Source: Chthoniobacterales bacterium (GTDB lineage: Bacteria; Verrucomicrobiota; Verrucomicrobiia; Chthoniobacterales; UBA10450). From it: 56,652 nucleotides of DNA. The notes under the pieces are model-generated. The model saw nothing but the letters and a program-made list of their open reading frames with translations, was not told where the DNA came from and ran no database searches. This document shows, piece after piece, positions 18,208 through 28,242 of this stretch; position 1 is the stretch's first letter; every line of letters starts with the position of its first letter. Made by a program: the position numbers and the translations under genes. Where the stretch lies: positions 1 through 56,652 of the forward strand of contig JAICWQ010000001.1 of assembly GCA_025934755.1 (NCBI GenBank). Reading direction: 5' to 3'.

Positions 18208-18714
18208 TTAATCCGCCGCCACAATTGCTCCGCAGGCAATCCGCGCGCCGGAATTTCCCGACGGATCGGTCTTCAAATCGTCTTCCTTTTCATGGACGAC
18301 GACGGACTTCCCGATGATCGAATCGGTTCCGCTTAAACTGAGTTTGCCTTTCCAATCGACGTGCGCCGTCCCGGAGGCGTCGGCCGTGATGTTGCCAAGA
18401 TCACCCGCGTGGTGATCGGCTGTGGTCGGTCCGCCATGGTGTTTTTGGGTGGGATTAAAATGCGCTCCGGCCGAGGCTGCATCCGGGGCCGAGCAATCAC
18501 CCTTCTCGTGAATGTGAAAGCCGTGTTTGCCCGGTGCGAGATTGTGGATGTCGGCCACGACTTGCACTTCGTCGCCCACTTTAGTGAATGTCACGGTGCC
18601 GGTTACTTTGCTGCCCGACTTCGACTCCAGCTGTGCCGTCGCCTTGCTCACTTCCTGAGCCCGCGCGAAACAAACAAGCGCGCAAAACAGTGTTACCGAT
18701 AGGATCGTTTTCAT
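18208..18714 (-). CDS. sodC: Periplasmic Cu/Zn superoxide dismutase
   Basis: The product is 168 aa starting at MKTILSVTLFCALVCFARA (signal peptide). Motifs HGFHIHEKGDCS, HHAGDLGN and VVVHEKEDD are present. It is the C-terminal part of the spurious 368-aa track ORF 18208..19314. Confidence 0.95.
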   Translation of the reverse strand: MKTILSVTLFCALVCFARAQEVSKATAQLESKSGSKVTGTVTFTKVGDEVQVVADIHNLAPGKHGFHIHEKGDCSAPDAASAGAHFNPTQKHHGGPTTADHHAGDLGNITADASGTAHVDWKGKLSLSGTDSIIGKSVVVHEKEDDLKTDPSGNSGARIACGAIVAAD

Positions 18715-18751
18715 ATCACAAGCGTAGGTCCGGTCGTGAAAAAATAAACCC

Positions 18752-19642
18752 TCACTCGAGGAGACGTTGCTCGATTCCGGCGTAGGCATCCACTCGGCGG
18801 TCCCGCAGAAACGGCCAGTGGGTGCGATGCTCGTTGACTCGCGCCCAATCGATTTCGCCGAGCACGATTTCCTCCTTGTCGACCGAAGCTTTGGCGATGA
18901 TCTCCCCGTCGGGCCCGCAAATGAAACTTTGTCCCCAGAATTCAATACCGTCGCCGCCGGCCGGCGCTTCGTGGCCAACCCGGTTCGCGGCCGCGACGTA
19001 GCAGCCATTGGCAATGGCGTGACTGCGCTGGATCGTTTCCCAGGCATTGTGTTGGGCAGCGCCGAATTCCTTCTTCTCGCTCGGATGCCAGCCGATAGCC
19101 GTTGGATAAAAAATAATCTCCGCCCCCCGCAATGCTGTAAGTCTGGCCGCTTCCGGATACCATTGGTCCCAGCAAACGCAGACCCCGATTTTTCCGCGCT
19201 GCGTTTCCCAGGCCTGAAAACCGAGGTCGCCCGGAGTGAAATAAAACTTCTCGTGATAAAGCGGATCGTCCGGAATGTGCATCTTGCGATACTTGCCGAG
19301 AAGTTTTCCATCAACGTCGATGATCGCAGCGGTATTGTGATACACGCCGGCGCGGCGTTTCTCGAACAGCGATGCTACGATTGCTACCCCAAGCCCTTTC
19401 GCCAAGGCGGCGAGCGCAGCTGTCGATTTACCGGGAATCTCTTCGGCGAGTTCGAAGTTTTTATGGTCTTCGGTCTGGCAAAAGTATTGCGACTGAAAAA
19501 GTTCGGGAAGGCAAACGATGGCCGCCCCTTTCTTCGCCGCGTCGCGAACGAAATCGACGGCCCGCGAGAAATTCCTCTCGGTGACCGGCCCGCACTTCAT
19601 CTGTACCAGCGCGACTTTGGTCTTTGCGCTCGCTTCCGTCAT
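18752..19642 (-). CDS. aguB: N-carbamoylputrescine amidase (nitrilase/CN-hydrolase superfamily)
   Basis: The Glu-Lys-Cys triad context is present (CLPELF, YRKMHIPDD, VCVCWDQWYPE). At 296 aa the length is typical of AguB. Confidence 0.85.
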   Translation of the reverse strand: MTEASAKTKVALVQMKCGPVTERNFSRAVDFVRDAAKKGAAIVCLPELFQSQYFCQTEDHKNFELAEEIPGKSTAALAALAKGLGVAIVASLFEKRRAGVYHNTAAIIDVDGKLLGKYRKMHIPDDPLYHEKFYFTPGDLGFQAWETQRGKIGVCVCWDQWYPEAARLTALRGAEIIFYPTAIGWHPSEKKEFGAAQHNAWETIQRSHAIANGCYVAAANRVGHEAPAGGDGIEFWGQSFICGPDGEIIAKASVDKEEIVLGEIDWARVNEHRTHWPFLRDRRVDAYAGIEQRLLE

Positions 19643-19648
19643 CTCGTT

Positions 19649-19747
19649 AACACGGGCTTTAGCCCGGTGTGCGCATCAACGCAACCAAGTAAGCCGTTTA
19701 AACGGCTTTGCAGTGACTCGTGTTCAGATACCTGGCTTTAACCAGGT
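19649..19747. repeat. Three consecutive short GC hairpins with A/T loops in the aguB / PPIase intergenic region
   Basis: The first is AACACGGGC-TTTA-GCCCGGTGT (19649-70, one bulge). The second is the perfect 18-nt palindrome AAGCCGTTTAAACGGCTT (19691-19708). The third is ACCTGG-CTTTA-ACCAGGT (19730-47). Confidence 0.7.
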
Positions 19748-19758
19748 GATAATAAGAA

Positions 19759-20493
19759 TTATTTCACCGAATCCGCGGGCACAATGTCGATCTTCTCGAC
19801 CGTGATGCGTTTGGTGGGCTTGCTCATTTCCCCCATGCTATTCCGCGTGACCGGCGTGTTCCCGATTTTGTCCAGCACGTCATCGCCTTTAATCAGTTTG
19901 CCGAACGTCGTGTATTGGTGATCGAGCCTTGTGACCGGCGCGAGGCAGATAAAAAATTGTGATCCGGCAGAATCGGGATCCGGCTCCCGCGCCATTGAAA
20001 TGACACCGCGCTCGTGTGAATGATCGTTGAACTCGGCTTTGATTTTGTAGCCAGGTCCTCCCGCGCCATAAGATTCCTCTTTGGCAGGATCTTTCGAGTT
20101 AGGATCGCCACCCTGGATCATGAATCCTTTTACGATTCGGTGAAAAGTGGTTCCGTTGTAAAACCCCTGCTTTGCCAGCTTCTTGAAATTCTCGATCGTG
20201 TTCGGCGCGGCATCTGTCCAAAACTGCACCACCATGTCGCCTTCGCTCGTTTTAATTACGGCAACTTCATTCTTTGCAGCGACGGGTGAAGGCTCGGCCG
20301 ATTGCGCCGCGGCAACTACAGCTAGGATGGAAGCCCCCAGGACCGAACAAATCCGAAATCCGGATATCGAAGTCCGAAACAAATCCGAAAGGGAAAAGCT
20401 CAGGACAGCCTTCGGCCCAGGGCATTTGAATTTTGAATTTGGATATTGTTTCGGATTTCGAATTTGGGATTTCGAATTTGTTTCTCTATTCAT
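19759..20493 (-). CDS. Cyclophilin-type peptidyl-prolyl cis-trans isomerase, secreted
   Basis: Motifs [15 protein letters not shown] and [16 protein letters not shown] are present. The ATG at 20493 overlaps the carB stop, and the first ~37 codons run through a palindromic repeat. An alternative TTG at 20382 gives a clean signal peptide (M)[27 protein letters not shown]. Confidence 0.9.
   Translation of the reverse strand: MNRETNSKSQIRNPKQYPNSKFKCPGPKAVLSFSLSDLFRTSISGFRICSVLGASILAVVAAAQSAEPSPVAAKNEVAVIKTSEGDMVVQFWTDAAPNTIENFKKLAKQGFYNGTTFHRIVKGFMIQGGDPNSKDPAKEESYGAGGPGYKIKAEFNDHSHERGVISMAREPDPDSAGSQFFICLAPVTRLDHQYTTFGKLIKGDDVLDKIGNTPVTRNSMGEMSKPTKRITVEKIDIVPADSVK
20345..20484. repeat. Heptamer-word palindromic element (CGAAATCCGAAA / TTTCGGATTTCG arms)
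   Basis: The left arm (20345-20390) reads GAACAAATCCGAAATCCGGATATCGAAGTCCGAAACAAATCCGAAA. It aligns with the reverse complement of the right arm (20425-20484). Both arms are built from iterated CGAAATC/CGGATTT words. Confidence 0.8.
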
Positions 20494-23400
20494 GATGATA
20501 TTCCTGCAGGCTTTTCACTTGCAGCTTGGCTTTTTGCAATGATCGAATGCCATTCGCGCTCGCCTGGGCCGCGCGCACCGTCGTCATGATTGGAATTTTC
20601 GCGGCGAGGGCGGCGTTACGAATCATTACCTCGTGCTCGCGCGGAATCTTTCCACTCGGCGTGTTGATGATGAAATTGATGTCGCCGTTTTTCACCCGGT
20701 CGAGCACATTCGGCCGCCCTTCGTGAAGTTTGAACACTTTTTTCACCTTAATCTTCGCCGCCGCAAGCGCATCGGCCGTTCCGCTGGTGGCGATGATTCC
20801 GAATCCAAGTTTCAGAAATTCCCGGGCCAGCGGAATAATCGATTCTTTGTCGGTGTCTTTTACGCTGATGAACAGGTTGCCCTTCTTTGGCAAGGGCGGG
20901 GGCGCGGCCATTTGTGATTTTGCGAAAGCAAGCCCCAGATCGACGTCCATGCCCATCACCTCACCGGTCGATTTCATCTCCGGACCGAGCGAAATATCGG
21001 TGCCCTGATAACGAAGAAATGGAAAGACAGCTTCTTTCACCGAGAAATGCTTCGGCACGATTTCACTGGTGAATCCGAGCTCGCGCAATTTTTTCCCCGC
21101 CATCACCTTGGCTGCCAGTTTCGCCAGCGGAACGCCGATCGCCTTGCTCACAAACGGGACGGTGCGGGACGCCCGCGGATTCACTTCGAGCACGTAAACA
21201 TCGTCGCCTTTGACCGCGAACTGTACATTCATCAAGCCGCGCACGTTCAGTTCGCGCGCCATCGCTTTTGTTGCGGACGAGATTTCGTCGAGGACGCCTT
21301 GTGACAGAGAGAATGTCGGGATCACGCACGCGCTGTCACCGCTGTGAATGCCGGCTTCCTCGATGTGTTCCATGATTGCGCCGATCACGGTGGTTTCGCC
21401 GTCAGAAATGCAATCGACGTCGACTTCGACCGCGTCTTCCAAAAAACGGTCGACCAGGACGGGACGGTCTGGCGTCACCTCGATCGCGTTGGCCATATAA
21501 CGGCGAAGGTCCGGCTCGTTGTAAACCAGTTCCATCGCGCGTCCACCCAGGACAAATGACGGCCTAACGAGCACGGGATAGCCGATTTTGTTCGCGATTC
21601 CAACCGCTTCGTCGGTGCTGACCGCAGATCCGCTTGGAGTCTGGCGCAGCCCCAGTTTGTCCAGCATCGCCGCGAACAACTTTCGATCTTCCGCCGTCTC
21701 GATGCTTTCCGGTTGAGTGCCGAAAATCGGGACGCCCGCGGCCTTCAACCCGTTGGCCAGATTCAGCGGCGTCTGGCCTCCAAACTGCACCACCACACCG
21801 TCGGGCTTCTCCTGCTCATATATATTAAGTACGTCCTCGAGGGTGAGCGGTTCGAAGTAGAGCTTGTCGCTGGTGTCGTAATCGGTCGACACCGTTTCCG
21901 GGTTCGAGTTCACCATGATGGTTTCGAAACCGAGCTCGCGCAGGGCGAAGGCAGCGTGGACACAGCAGTAGTCAAATTCGATCCCCTGCCCGATTCGGTT
22001 CGGGCCGCCGCCCAGAATCATTACTTTAGGCTTTCCGCTTTCGCGCCGCTCGTTCTCGTCTCCGTAAGTCGAATAATAATACGGTGTGTAGGCCTCGAAC
22101 TCGGCCGCGCAGGTGTCCACCAGTCGATAAGTCGGCGTCACATTTTCGGCGATCCGCTTTGCCCGCACTTGTATTTCGTCGGCCCCGTCGGCCATCGCGA
22201 GTTGGCGGTCTGAAAATCCGAGCTTCTTTGCATGTAGCAATTGAGTCCGGGTAGCATCTCCGCCGGGATGCTGGAAGCCTGATTTCCGGTCGCCCGAGAC
22301 AGGCGCCCTACCCAGATTCTTACTTTCTTGGACGATTTGTTGGATGTTTCGTAAGAACCACTTGTCTATCTTGGTCAGCTCGAAGACTTCTTCGATCGAC
22401 GCGCCTTTGGCGAACGCCTGACCGATGTAGAAAACGCGTTCGGCATTCGGAATTGCCAGCTTTAGCCGCAGCGTTTCAAGGTCGACTTCCTTGTCCGCTC
22501 CATCGCCAATCAACCCGAACCGTTTGATCTCGAGCGAACGCAACGCTTTTTGCAACGCTTCCTTGAACGTTCGGCCAATTGCCATCGCTTCGCCGACACT
22601 TTTCATCTGGGTGGTCAGCGTCTGATCGGCCTGCGGAAATTTTTCGAAGGTGAACCGCGGTACTTTTACGACGCAATAGTCAATGGTCGGTTCGAAACAC
22701 GCCGGCGTTTCGCGAGTGATATCGTTTTTGATCTCGTCCAAGGTGTAACCCACCGCCAGCTTGGCCGCGATCTTCGCAATCGGAAATCCCGTCGCCTTGC
22801 TTGCGAGCGCGCTCGAACGCGATACCCGCGGATTCATCTCGATGACCACCATGCGCCCTGTATCCGGATGGACCGCGAACTGGATGTTGGACCCGCCGGT
22901 CTCAACCCCGATCTCGCGAATGACCGCGAACGAAGCGTCCCGCATCATTTGATATTCCTTGTCGGTCAGTGTCTGGACCGGCGCGACCGTGATCGAATCA
23001 CCGGTATGCACGCCCATTGGGTCGAAATTTTCGATGGAGCAGACGACCACACAGTTGTCCATCCGGTCGCGCATGACTTCCATCTCGAACTCTTTCCAAC
23101 CGACTAGCGACTCTTCGATCAACACCTCGTTGACCGGCGACATGGCGAGTCCGCGCCCGGCAATCTCGCTTAGATCATCCGGGTTGTAAGCGATGCCGCC
23201 GCCACTGCCGCCTAAGGTGAACGCCGGTCGAATGATCAGCGGGAAACTCCCGATTTCTTTTGAAATCTTGTGCGCGTCGGCGACGGAGTGCGCGATGCCC
23301 GAACGCGGAACATCGAGCCCAATCCGCAACATCGCCTCCTTGAACAGTTGTCGATCTTCGCCTTTTGCGATCGCCTTTGCGTTGGCGCCAATCAATTTCA

Positions 23401-23737
23401 CTTTGTGACGGGCAAGCGCGCCGTTGCGATAAAGTTCCATCGCCGCATTCAATGCGGTCTGGCCGCCCATTGTCGGCAGGATTGCATCTGGTTTTTCCCG
23501 GTCGATGATGGCCTCGATGACCTCGGGCGTGATCGGCTCTATATAAGTACGGTCGGCAAACTCCGGGTCGGTCATGATCGTCGCCGGGTTCGAATTCACG
23601 AGGATGACCCGATAACCTTCTTCGCGGAGGGCTTTGCAGGCCTGGACTCCGGAATAATCAAATTCGCAGCCCTGCCCGATCACGATTGGACCGGAGCCGA
23701 TCAGGAGAATTTTCGTTAGATCTTTGTTCCGCGGCAT
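20486..23737 (-). CDS. carB: Carbamoyl-phosphate synthase large subunit
   Basis: The product is 1083 aa with duplicated ATP-grasp halves, the canonical N-terminus ([22 protein letters not shown]) and an MGS-like C-terminal domain. Confidence 0.99.
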   Translation of the reverse strand: MPRNKDLTKILLIGSGPIVIGQGCEFDYSGVQACKALREEGYRVILVNSNPATIMTDPEFADRTYIEPITPEVIEAIIDREKPDAILPTMGGQTALNAAMELYRNGALARHKVKLIGANAKAIAKGEDRQLFKEAMLRIGLDVPRSGIAHSVADAHKISKEIGSFPLIIRPAFTLGGSGGGIAYNPDDLSEIAGRGLAMSPVNEVLIEESLVGWKEFEMEVMRDRMDNCVVVCSIENFDPMGVHTGDSITVAPVQTLTDKEYQMMRDASFAVIREIGVETGGSNIQFAVHPDTGRMVVIEMNPRVSRSSALASKATGFPIAKIAAKLAVGYTLDEIKNDITRETPACFEPTIDYCVVKVPRFTFEKFPQADQTLTTQMKSVGEAMAIGRTFKEALQKALRSLEIKRFGLIGDGADKEVDLETLRLKLAIPNAERVFYIGQAFAKGASIEEVFELTKIDKWFLRNIQQIVQESKNLGRAPVSGDRKSGFQHPGGDATRTQLLHAKKLGFSDRQLAMADGADEIQVRAKRIAENVTPTYRLVDTCAAEFEAYTPYYYSTYGDENERRESGKPKVMILGGGPNRIGQGIEFDYCCVHAAFALRELGFETIMVNSNPETVSTDYDTSDKLYFEPLTLEDVLNIYEQEKPDGVVVQFGGQTPLNLANGLKAAGVPIFGTQPESIETAEDRKLFAAMLDKLGLRQTPSGSAVSTDEAVGIANKIGYPVLVRPSFVLGGRAMELVYNEPDLRRYMANAIEVTPDRPVLVDRFLEDAVEVDVDCISDGETTVIGAIMEHIEEAGIHSGDSACVIPTFSLSQGVLDEISSATKAMARELNVRGLMNVQFAVKGDDVYVLEVNPRASRTVPFVSKAIGVPLAKLAAKVMAGKKLRELGFTSEIVPKHFSVKEAVFPFLRYQGTDISLGPEMKSTGEVMGMDVDLGLAFAKSQMAAPPPLPKKGNLFISVKDTDKESIIPLAREFLKLGFGIIATSGTADALAAAKIKVKKVFKLHEGRPNVLDRVKNGDINFIINTPSGKIPREHEVMIRNAALAAKIPIMTTVRAAQASANGIRSLQKAKLQVKSLQEYHHE

Positions 23738-23785
23738 CTGCGCAGCGCGCAGAATAGACGAATTCGGGAGAACTTCACGCGCGAA

Positions 23786-24424
23786 CTATTTCGCCTGATA
23801 TTTCGGGGTCTTCGCCTGTTTCCGCACCGCGGCGAAAAGCTTGCTGATTCCGGTCTCGCTCATGGTGTTGGCAATGAACTGCGGCACCATGACGCCGCTG
23901 TCGGTAAAAACGTAATAGGTTGCTTTCGTCTTGTTCGGGCCGGCCGGCTCCAGCAACCAGGAACCACTCACGAGTTTCAACCGAAATACGCCCTCCTGCT
24001 CGGGCGGGCCTTCCTCGTTCGCTTGTTCCCAGCGATTGGAATAGGCCAGGCCATTTTCCTCCGGCCAGGATTTTTTCTCGATCCGAAGCGTATAATCGCG
24101 ATCGCTCACGATTTTCGGCGAAAGTCGCTGGTAGGTGATGATTGAATTCTTTTCCTGTTTAATCACCCGGCACTCTTTCGTGTAGGGCATGAAGCTTGGA
24201 TATGATTCGACGTCATCGATCACGTTATGAACGGTTTGACTCGATCCATCGATTTCACCGACGGCTTTGAACTCGTTGAGGCGCGACCCGGGATGGGGCC
24301 GGCTGTAAATTGCGATGCCGTTAGTCTGCTTAACCAGCTTCCAATCTTCTTTTTGCGCTGGCTCCGCGCTGGAAACGGCGAGCGCAATACACGCGATCGA
24401 TACCGCTAGGAGAGCTCGTTTCAT
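23786..24424 (-). CDS. Secreted START/SRPBCC-like lipid-binding domain protein
   Basis: A signal peptide is present. The START-like pattern is ..WKLVKQTNGIAIYSR..FKAVGEIDGS..V..VIDDVESYPSFMPYTKE... The call rests on recognition by eye only. Confidence 0.6.
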   Translation of the reverse strand: MKRALLAVSIACIALAVSSAEPAQKEDWKLVKQTNGIAIYSRPHPGSRLNEFKAVGEIDGSSQTVHNVIDDVESYPSFMPYTKECRVIKQEKNSIITYQRLSPKIVSDRDYTLRIEKKSWPEENGLAYSNRWEQANEEGPPEQEGVFRLKLVSGSWLLEPAGPNKTKATYYVFTDSGVMVPQFIANTMSETGISKLFAAVRKQAKTPKYQAK

Positions 24425-24480
24425 CCTGAGTCAGGTTTGACGCGAAAAACCGCCCTCGGATTCACGGACAATTCAATCCT

Positions 24481-26649
24481 TTACTTCTTCGACATTCCCA
24501 ATTGAGCGAACAAAAACGAATATTCGTCCGCGAGCTGCTTGATCCGTTCGCTGAGCGCGGTGCCGATGCCATGCCCGGCGCTTGAGCTTGTTCGGAGGAG
24601 CACCGGATTCGCCGACTTGTTCGCTTCATCTAAACGGGCAACCATTTTACGCGAATGATACGGCGCGACTCGCCCGTCATTGGCGCCGGTCATAAATAGG
24701 ATTGCCGGATATTTTGTTCCATCGACCACGTGATGGTAGGGAGAGTAGGCATAAAGGGCCTTGAATTGTTCGGGATCTTTCACGGTCCCGAACTCGGTGA
24801 CATTGAACGCGCCGTTGGGCGCAAGCTCGACCCGCAGCATGTCGTAAATTCCGACAAACGAGACCACCGCCCGCATCAGCTCAGGGTGCTGAGTGATCAT
24901 TGCGCCCATTAACAGGCCACCATTACTCCCGCCCAGCAGCGCCAGCTTGTCCGGTCGCGTCCACTTCTCTTTGACCAGGTATTCCGCGGAGGCGGCGAAG
25001 TCATCGAACACATTTTGTTTTTTGGTCAGGTTTCCGGCCTTGTGCCATTCCTCGCCGAACTCGCCGCCGCCACGAATGTTGGCCACCACATAAACGCCGC
25101 CGTGGTCGAACCAAATTCGGCGTGTAAAATCAAAATTTGGGGACATGCTGATTCCGTAGCCCCCGTAGCCGTAGAGCAGCGTTGGATTGTTTCCGTCGTG
25201 CCTGGTGCCTTTCTTGCGCACAATGTTGAGCGGGATTTTCGTTCCGTCCTTCGAGGTCGCGAGTTCACGCGTGACTTCGATGTCCGCGAATGAGACTGGT
25301 GATGTGTTTACGAGCGCGGTCTTCACCGGTGCCGTGGCCTCGGCAACTGGCCCATGATTTACTGAGTTCATCGGGGCGGACGCCGATGCCAGGTGAAACC
25401 AAGCCGCGGGCTCAGTGAAACTCACATCGCGAAACAGAAGGGAGTTATCTTCCAACGATTCCATTTCCGAGACCGCGGATATTTTTGGAATCGCGATTGT
25501 TTGGGCATTCTTGCCATCCAAATCAAACCGCCGGATTTGTGAGGGTCCGCCCAGCAAGTCTTGCACATACAATGCGTTTCCGGTTGGCTCGATTGACTGA
25601 ATGACCGCATCGCTTTCGGGAATAATGATGGTCGCGCTTGTCAACGCGGGATTGTCCAAAGGCATTCGCAGAATTTTTCCGCGCGGCGCCTCTGCACGGG
25701 AAAGCAGATACAGCGCATTATCACGCCCAAGTCGCGCAGACTTAATTTGATCGCTGAACTGAGTCAGCTGTTTCCAGGTTCCGTCCGGTCCGAGCAAATA
25801 GTGAGAAAAGTCTCCGCCGTCGCCATTTGCGACCGTCGCCAGAATGAATTTTCCATCATGAGAGGTCTCCAGCTTGACCTCGGCAATTCGGGGAAACTCC
25901 TTCCCGATGGAATACGTGTCTTCGGTGTCGCCAGTTCCAAGCTTATGAAAATAAATCTGCTGATAAAAATTCAGATCAGTGTCCGCCTTTTCGCCCTTGC
26001 GGGGAAACCGCGTGTAGTAAATGCCGGTCCCATCTGCGTTCCAGGCTGCGCTTCCGCCCGCCGTTGGATATTGAACATGAGCAATGGAGTCAGGTAAGGC
26101 TTTGCCAGTCGCCGTTTCGTAAATGTGAAGGGTCCCGTCTTCACTGCCGCCCTGGGAGGTTGAAATGGCGACATATTTCCCGTCGCGCGACGGGACGAAC
26201 CAATCGATCGTGGTCGTCCCCTTGGTATCGAGCGCGTTCGGGTCGAGCACGATCTTTTCCGACTTTAAATCGTCAGCCGAAGCAAGGGTCACGAGCATTG
26301 GTTGCTGCTTCGGCGGCTGAAATTTCATCGCGAACAAAGTCCCCGGCCGGGAAACGAGGCCGGAATAACTCGGCGAAGTCTTCGCGTACCACTCGCTTAA
26401 TTGTTTCTCGACCGCCGCCCGGTCGGGCAATTTGTCGATGTAAGCTCGGGTTTTTTGATTTTGCGCGTCGGACCACGACTTAACCGCCGGATCGCTTTCG
26501 TTCTCCAGCCATTGATAATTATCTTCAACTTTGACGCCGTGATATTCGTCCGAGACGGGCTTTTTTGGAGTTTGCGGTTCGGCAGCTTTAATTTCTGCGA
26601 AGCCCGGGAACAAAAATGCGACCATGAGTAACCAGCGGTTCAATTGCAT
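24481..26649 (-). CDS. Prolyl oligopeptidase (S9A family), secreted
   Basis: A signal peptide and a beta-propeller N-terminal part are present. The catalytic Ser context is LLGGSNGGLLMGA, and the C-terminal Asp/His region reads GANDGRV..SAGHG. Confidence 0.93.
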   Translation of the reverse strand: MQLNRWLLMVAFLFPGFAEIKAAEPQTPKKPVSDEYHGVKVEDNYQWLENESDPAVKSWSDAQNQKTRAYIDKLPDRAAVEKQLSEWYAKTSPSYSGLVSRPGTLFAMKFQPPKQQPMLVTLASADDLKSEKIVLDPNALDTKGTTTIDWFVPSRDGKYVAISTSQGGSEDGTLHIYETATGKALPDSIAHVQYPTAGGSAAWNADGTGIYYTRFPRKGEKADTDLNFYQQIYFHKLGTGDTEDTYSIGKEFPRIAEVKLETSHDGKFILATVANGDGGDFSHYLLGPDGTWKQLTQFSDQIKSARLGRDNALYLLSRAEAPRGKILRMPLDNPALTSATIIIPESDAVIQSIEPTGNALYVQDLLGGPSQIRRFDLDGKNAQTIAIPKISAVSEMESLEDNSLLFRDVSFTEPAAWFHLASASAPMNSVNHGPVAEATAPVKTALVNTSPVSFADIEVTRELATSKDGTKIPLNIVRKKGTRHDGNNPTLLYGYGGYGISMSPNFDFTRRIWFDHGGVYVVANIRGGGEFGEEWHKAGNLTKKQNVFDDFAASAEYLVKEKWTRPDKLALLGGSNGGLLMGAMITQHPELMRAVVSFVGIYDMLRVELAPNGAFNVTEFGTVKDPEQFKALYAYSPYHHVVDGTKYPAILFMTGANDGRVAPYHSRKMVARLDEANKSANPVLLRTSSSAGHGIGTALSERIKQLADEYSFLFAQLGMSKK

Positions 26650-26700
26650 AAGGACGTTAGAATCTGCAGCTTGGGAGAGCGTTCAAGCATTTTTGACTTA

Positions 26701-26756
26701 GGTAGGGGCGATTGCCCCCAATCGCCCGCGGGCGGTTCGGTGAACCGCCGCCTGCC
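26701..26756. repeat. GC-rich palindromic element with GGTAGG...CCTGCC termini
   Basis: The sequence is GGTAGGGGCGATTGCCCCCAATCGCCCGCGGGCGGTTCGGTGAACCGCCGCCTGCC. It has inverted termini and internal hairpins (GGGGC/GCCCC and GGCGGTT/AACCGCC). It ends on the amidohydrolase stop codon. Confidence 0.7.
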
Positions 26757-28150
26757 TATTTCAAGATCGAATCCGCCGGATACATCACGCCATTCTTGAT
26801 CACGGTATCGATGTCCGACGCGTGCGCGATGTCGTCGACCGGATTCGATTTGAGGACTACGAGATCGGCGAAACATCCATTATCGAGCTTGCCGACGTGC
26901 GCGCCGATGTCGCCCCCGAAAAGTTTGGCCGCGTTTACGGTCGCGCATTGCAAGATCTCCATGTTCGTTAACCCGGCTTGTTTCATTAGCTGAAATTCAC
27001 GAAACAATGCCGGTCCGTGAATTGTCCCGATATTTCCCGCATCGGTTCCCGCCGCGATGGTGACTCCGGCGTCTTCGAGCTTTTTCAAATTTGGCAGCGC
27101 GACTTCGTAGGTCTTGTCGATCCGGTCCATCGCAGCTTTCGGGTCAGCCAAAGCGGATTTGATCCGATCCGGCAATTTGTCCTGCGGGATTTTGGTTACG
27201 TCGAGTGACGCGATTACTTCCGGATTCCCCCACTTTTGTTCTTCCGGTGTGAGATTCAGTTGATGCGAAAACACCCGGCCGTAACGCTCGAACACCACCA
27301 GAGTCGGACACAAAATCGTCTGGCGATCTTTCAACAGCTTCACGAATGCGTCATCAACAGGCTTGTCGATCACGCTGTGCACAAGAATGTCAGCGCCTTC
27401 TTCCACCGCCGCTCGGGCAGTTTCCAGTTCGGTCGCATGCACCATAACGCGAACTTTGTGGGCGTGACTTTCTTCAATTGTCGCGCGTACGATCGGACGG
27501 AACGCGTCGACTGGATGATCCTTGTCGACGATGTACCAAATTTTTACGAAGTCGGGTTTTCGCTCGACCAGTTTGCGGACGAAATCGCGCGCCTGGTCCG
27601 GTGTGTCAACTTTTACGATCGGCGGATCGCCGAGATCGAGTTTTTCGCGTGAGACACTGGAGATGAGCGGTCCGGCGACGGCTACACGCGGCGCTTTGGC
27701 GGTGGCGTTCGCGTTTTGGCGGACTTCGAAATTCCACATTGGTCCGCCGTCGTCGACTACGCTGGTGATTCCGCACCGAATGTAGCGCGCGAACACGTCG
27801 TCGAGATGCGATTTGATCCACGCGACTTCGTCCTTGTAGGGACGAACACTGTTGAAATCCGCGCCGTCGGGGCGCGTGAACAAATCGGCCGATTGAAAAA
27901 AGTGGACGTGGGTGTCGATTAAGCCCGGAATGATGAACGTTCCGGCGCAATCAATCTGGCGTCCGAGCGATGCCGCATCCTGTTTCCCCATCGAAACGCG
28001 CTCGATTTTGTCCCCATTGATCACAATCGTCGCGTTCGGCATTACTTTGCCGTCGGCTGGATTAATAACCGTCGCGCGAACGAGCGATATTTTTTCGGCG
28101 TGCAGTGTGATTACGGCGATCATGAGAAGAGCAGCAATAAGTTTTTTCAT
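26756..28150 (-). CDS. Amidohydrolase family metallohydrolase, secreted
   Basis: The metal-binding motif PGLIDTHVHF is present. The real start is the ATG at 28150 (MKKLIAALLMIAVITLHA signal peptide). The 22 upstream codons of the track ORF are a translation of a palindromic repeat. Confidence 0.85.
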   Translation of the reverse strand: MKKLIAALLMIAVITLHAEKISLVRATVINPADGKVMPNATIVINGDKIERVSMGKQDAASLGRQIDCAGTFIIPGLIDTHVHFFQSADLFTRPDGADFNSVRPYKDEVAWIKSHLDDVFARYIRCGITSVVDDGGPMWNFEVRQNANATAKAPRVAVAGPLISSVSREKLDLGDPPIVKVDTPDQARDFVRKLVERKPDFVKIWYIVDKDHPVDAFRPIVRATIEESHAHKVRVMVHATELETARAAVEEGADILVHSVIDKPVDDAFVKLLKDRQTILCPTLVVFERYGRVFSHQLNLTPEEQKWGNPEVIASLDVTKIPQDKLPDRIKSALADPKAAMDRIDKTYEVALPNLKKLEDAGVTIAAGTDAGNIGTIHGPALFREFQLMKQAGLTNMEILQCATVNAAKLFGGDIGAHVGKLDNGCFADLVVLKSNPVDDIAHASDIDTVIKNGVMYPADSILK

Positions 28151-28160
28151 ATTCCAAAGC

Positions 28161-28229
28161 GTTGTAGAGGCGCTTGTCTCAAGCGCCTGTTTATGTAATT
28201 CGGTGCTTGAGAACAAGCACCGCTACAAC
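28161..28229 (+). repeat. Nested-palindrome repeat, copy A (69 bp)
   Basis: The sequence is GTTGTAGAGGCGCTTGTCTCAAGCGCCTGTTTATGTAATTCGGTGCTTGAGAACAAGCACCGCTACAAC. The outer inverted termini are GTTGTAG../..CTACAAC and there are two internal hairpins. Confidence 0.9.
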
Positions 28230-28242
28230 TTAGTCATTTTTT

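Noticed and set aside
18208-19314. 368-aa ORF spanning sodC and running into aguB.
   Set aside because: Only the last 168 codons, from the ATG at 18714 (MKTILSV.. signal peptide), are Cu/Zn-SOD. The upstream 200 codons are Arg/Ser-rich read-through in an alternative frame of the well-supported aguB gene (18752..19642).
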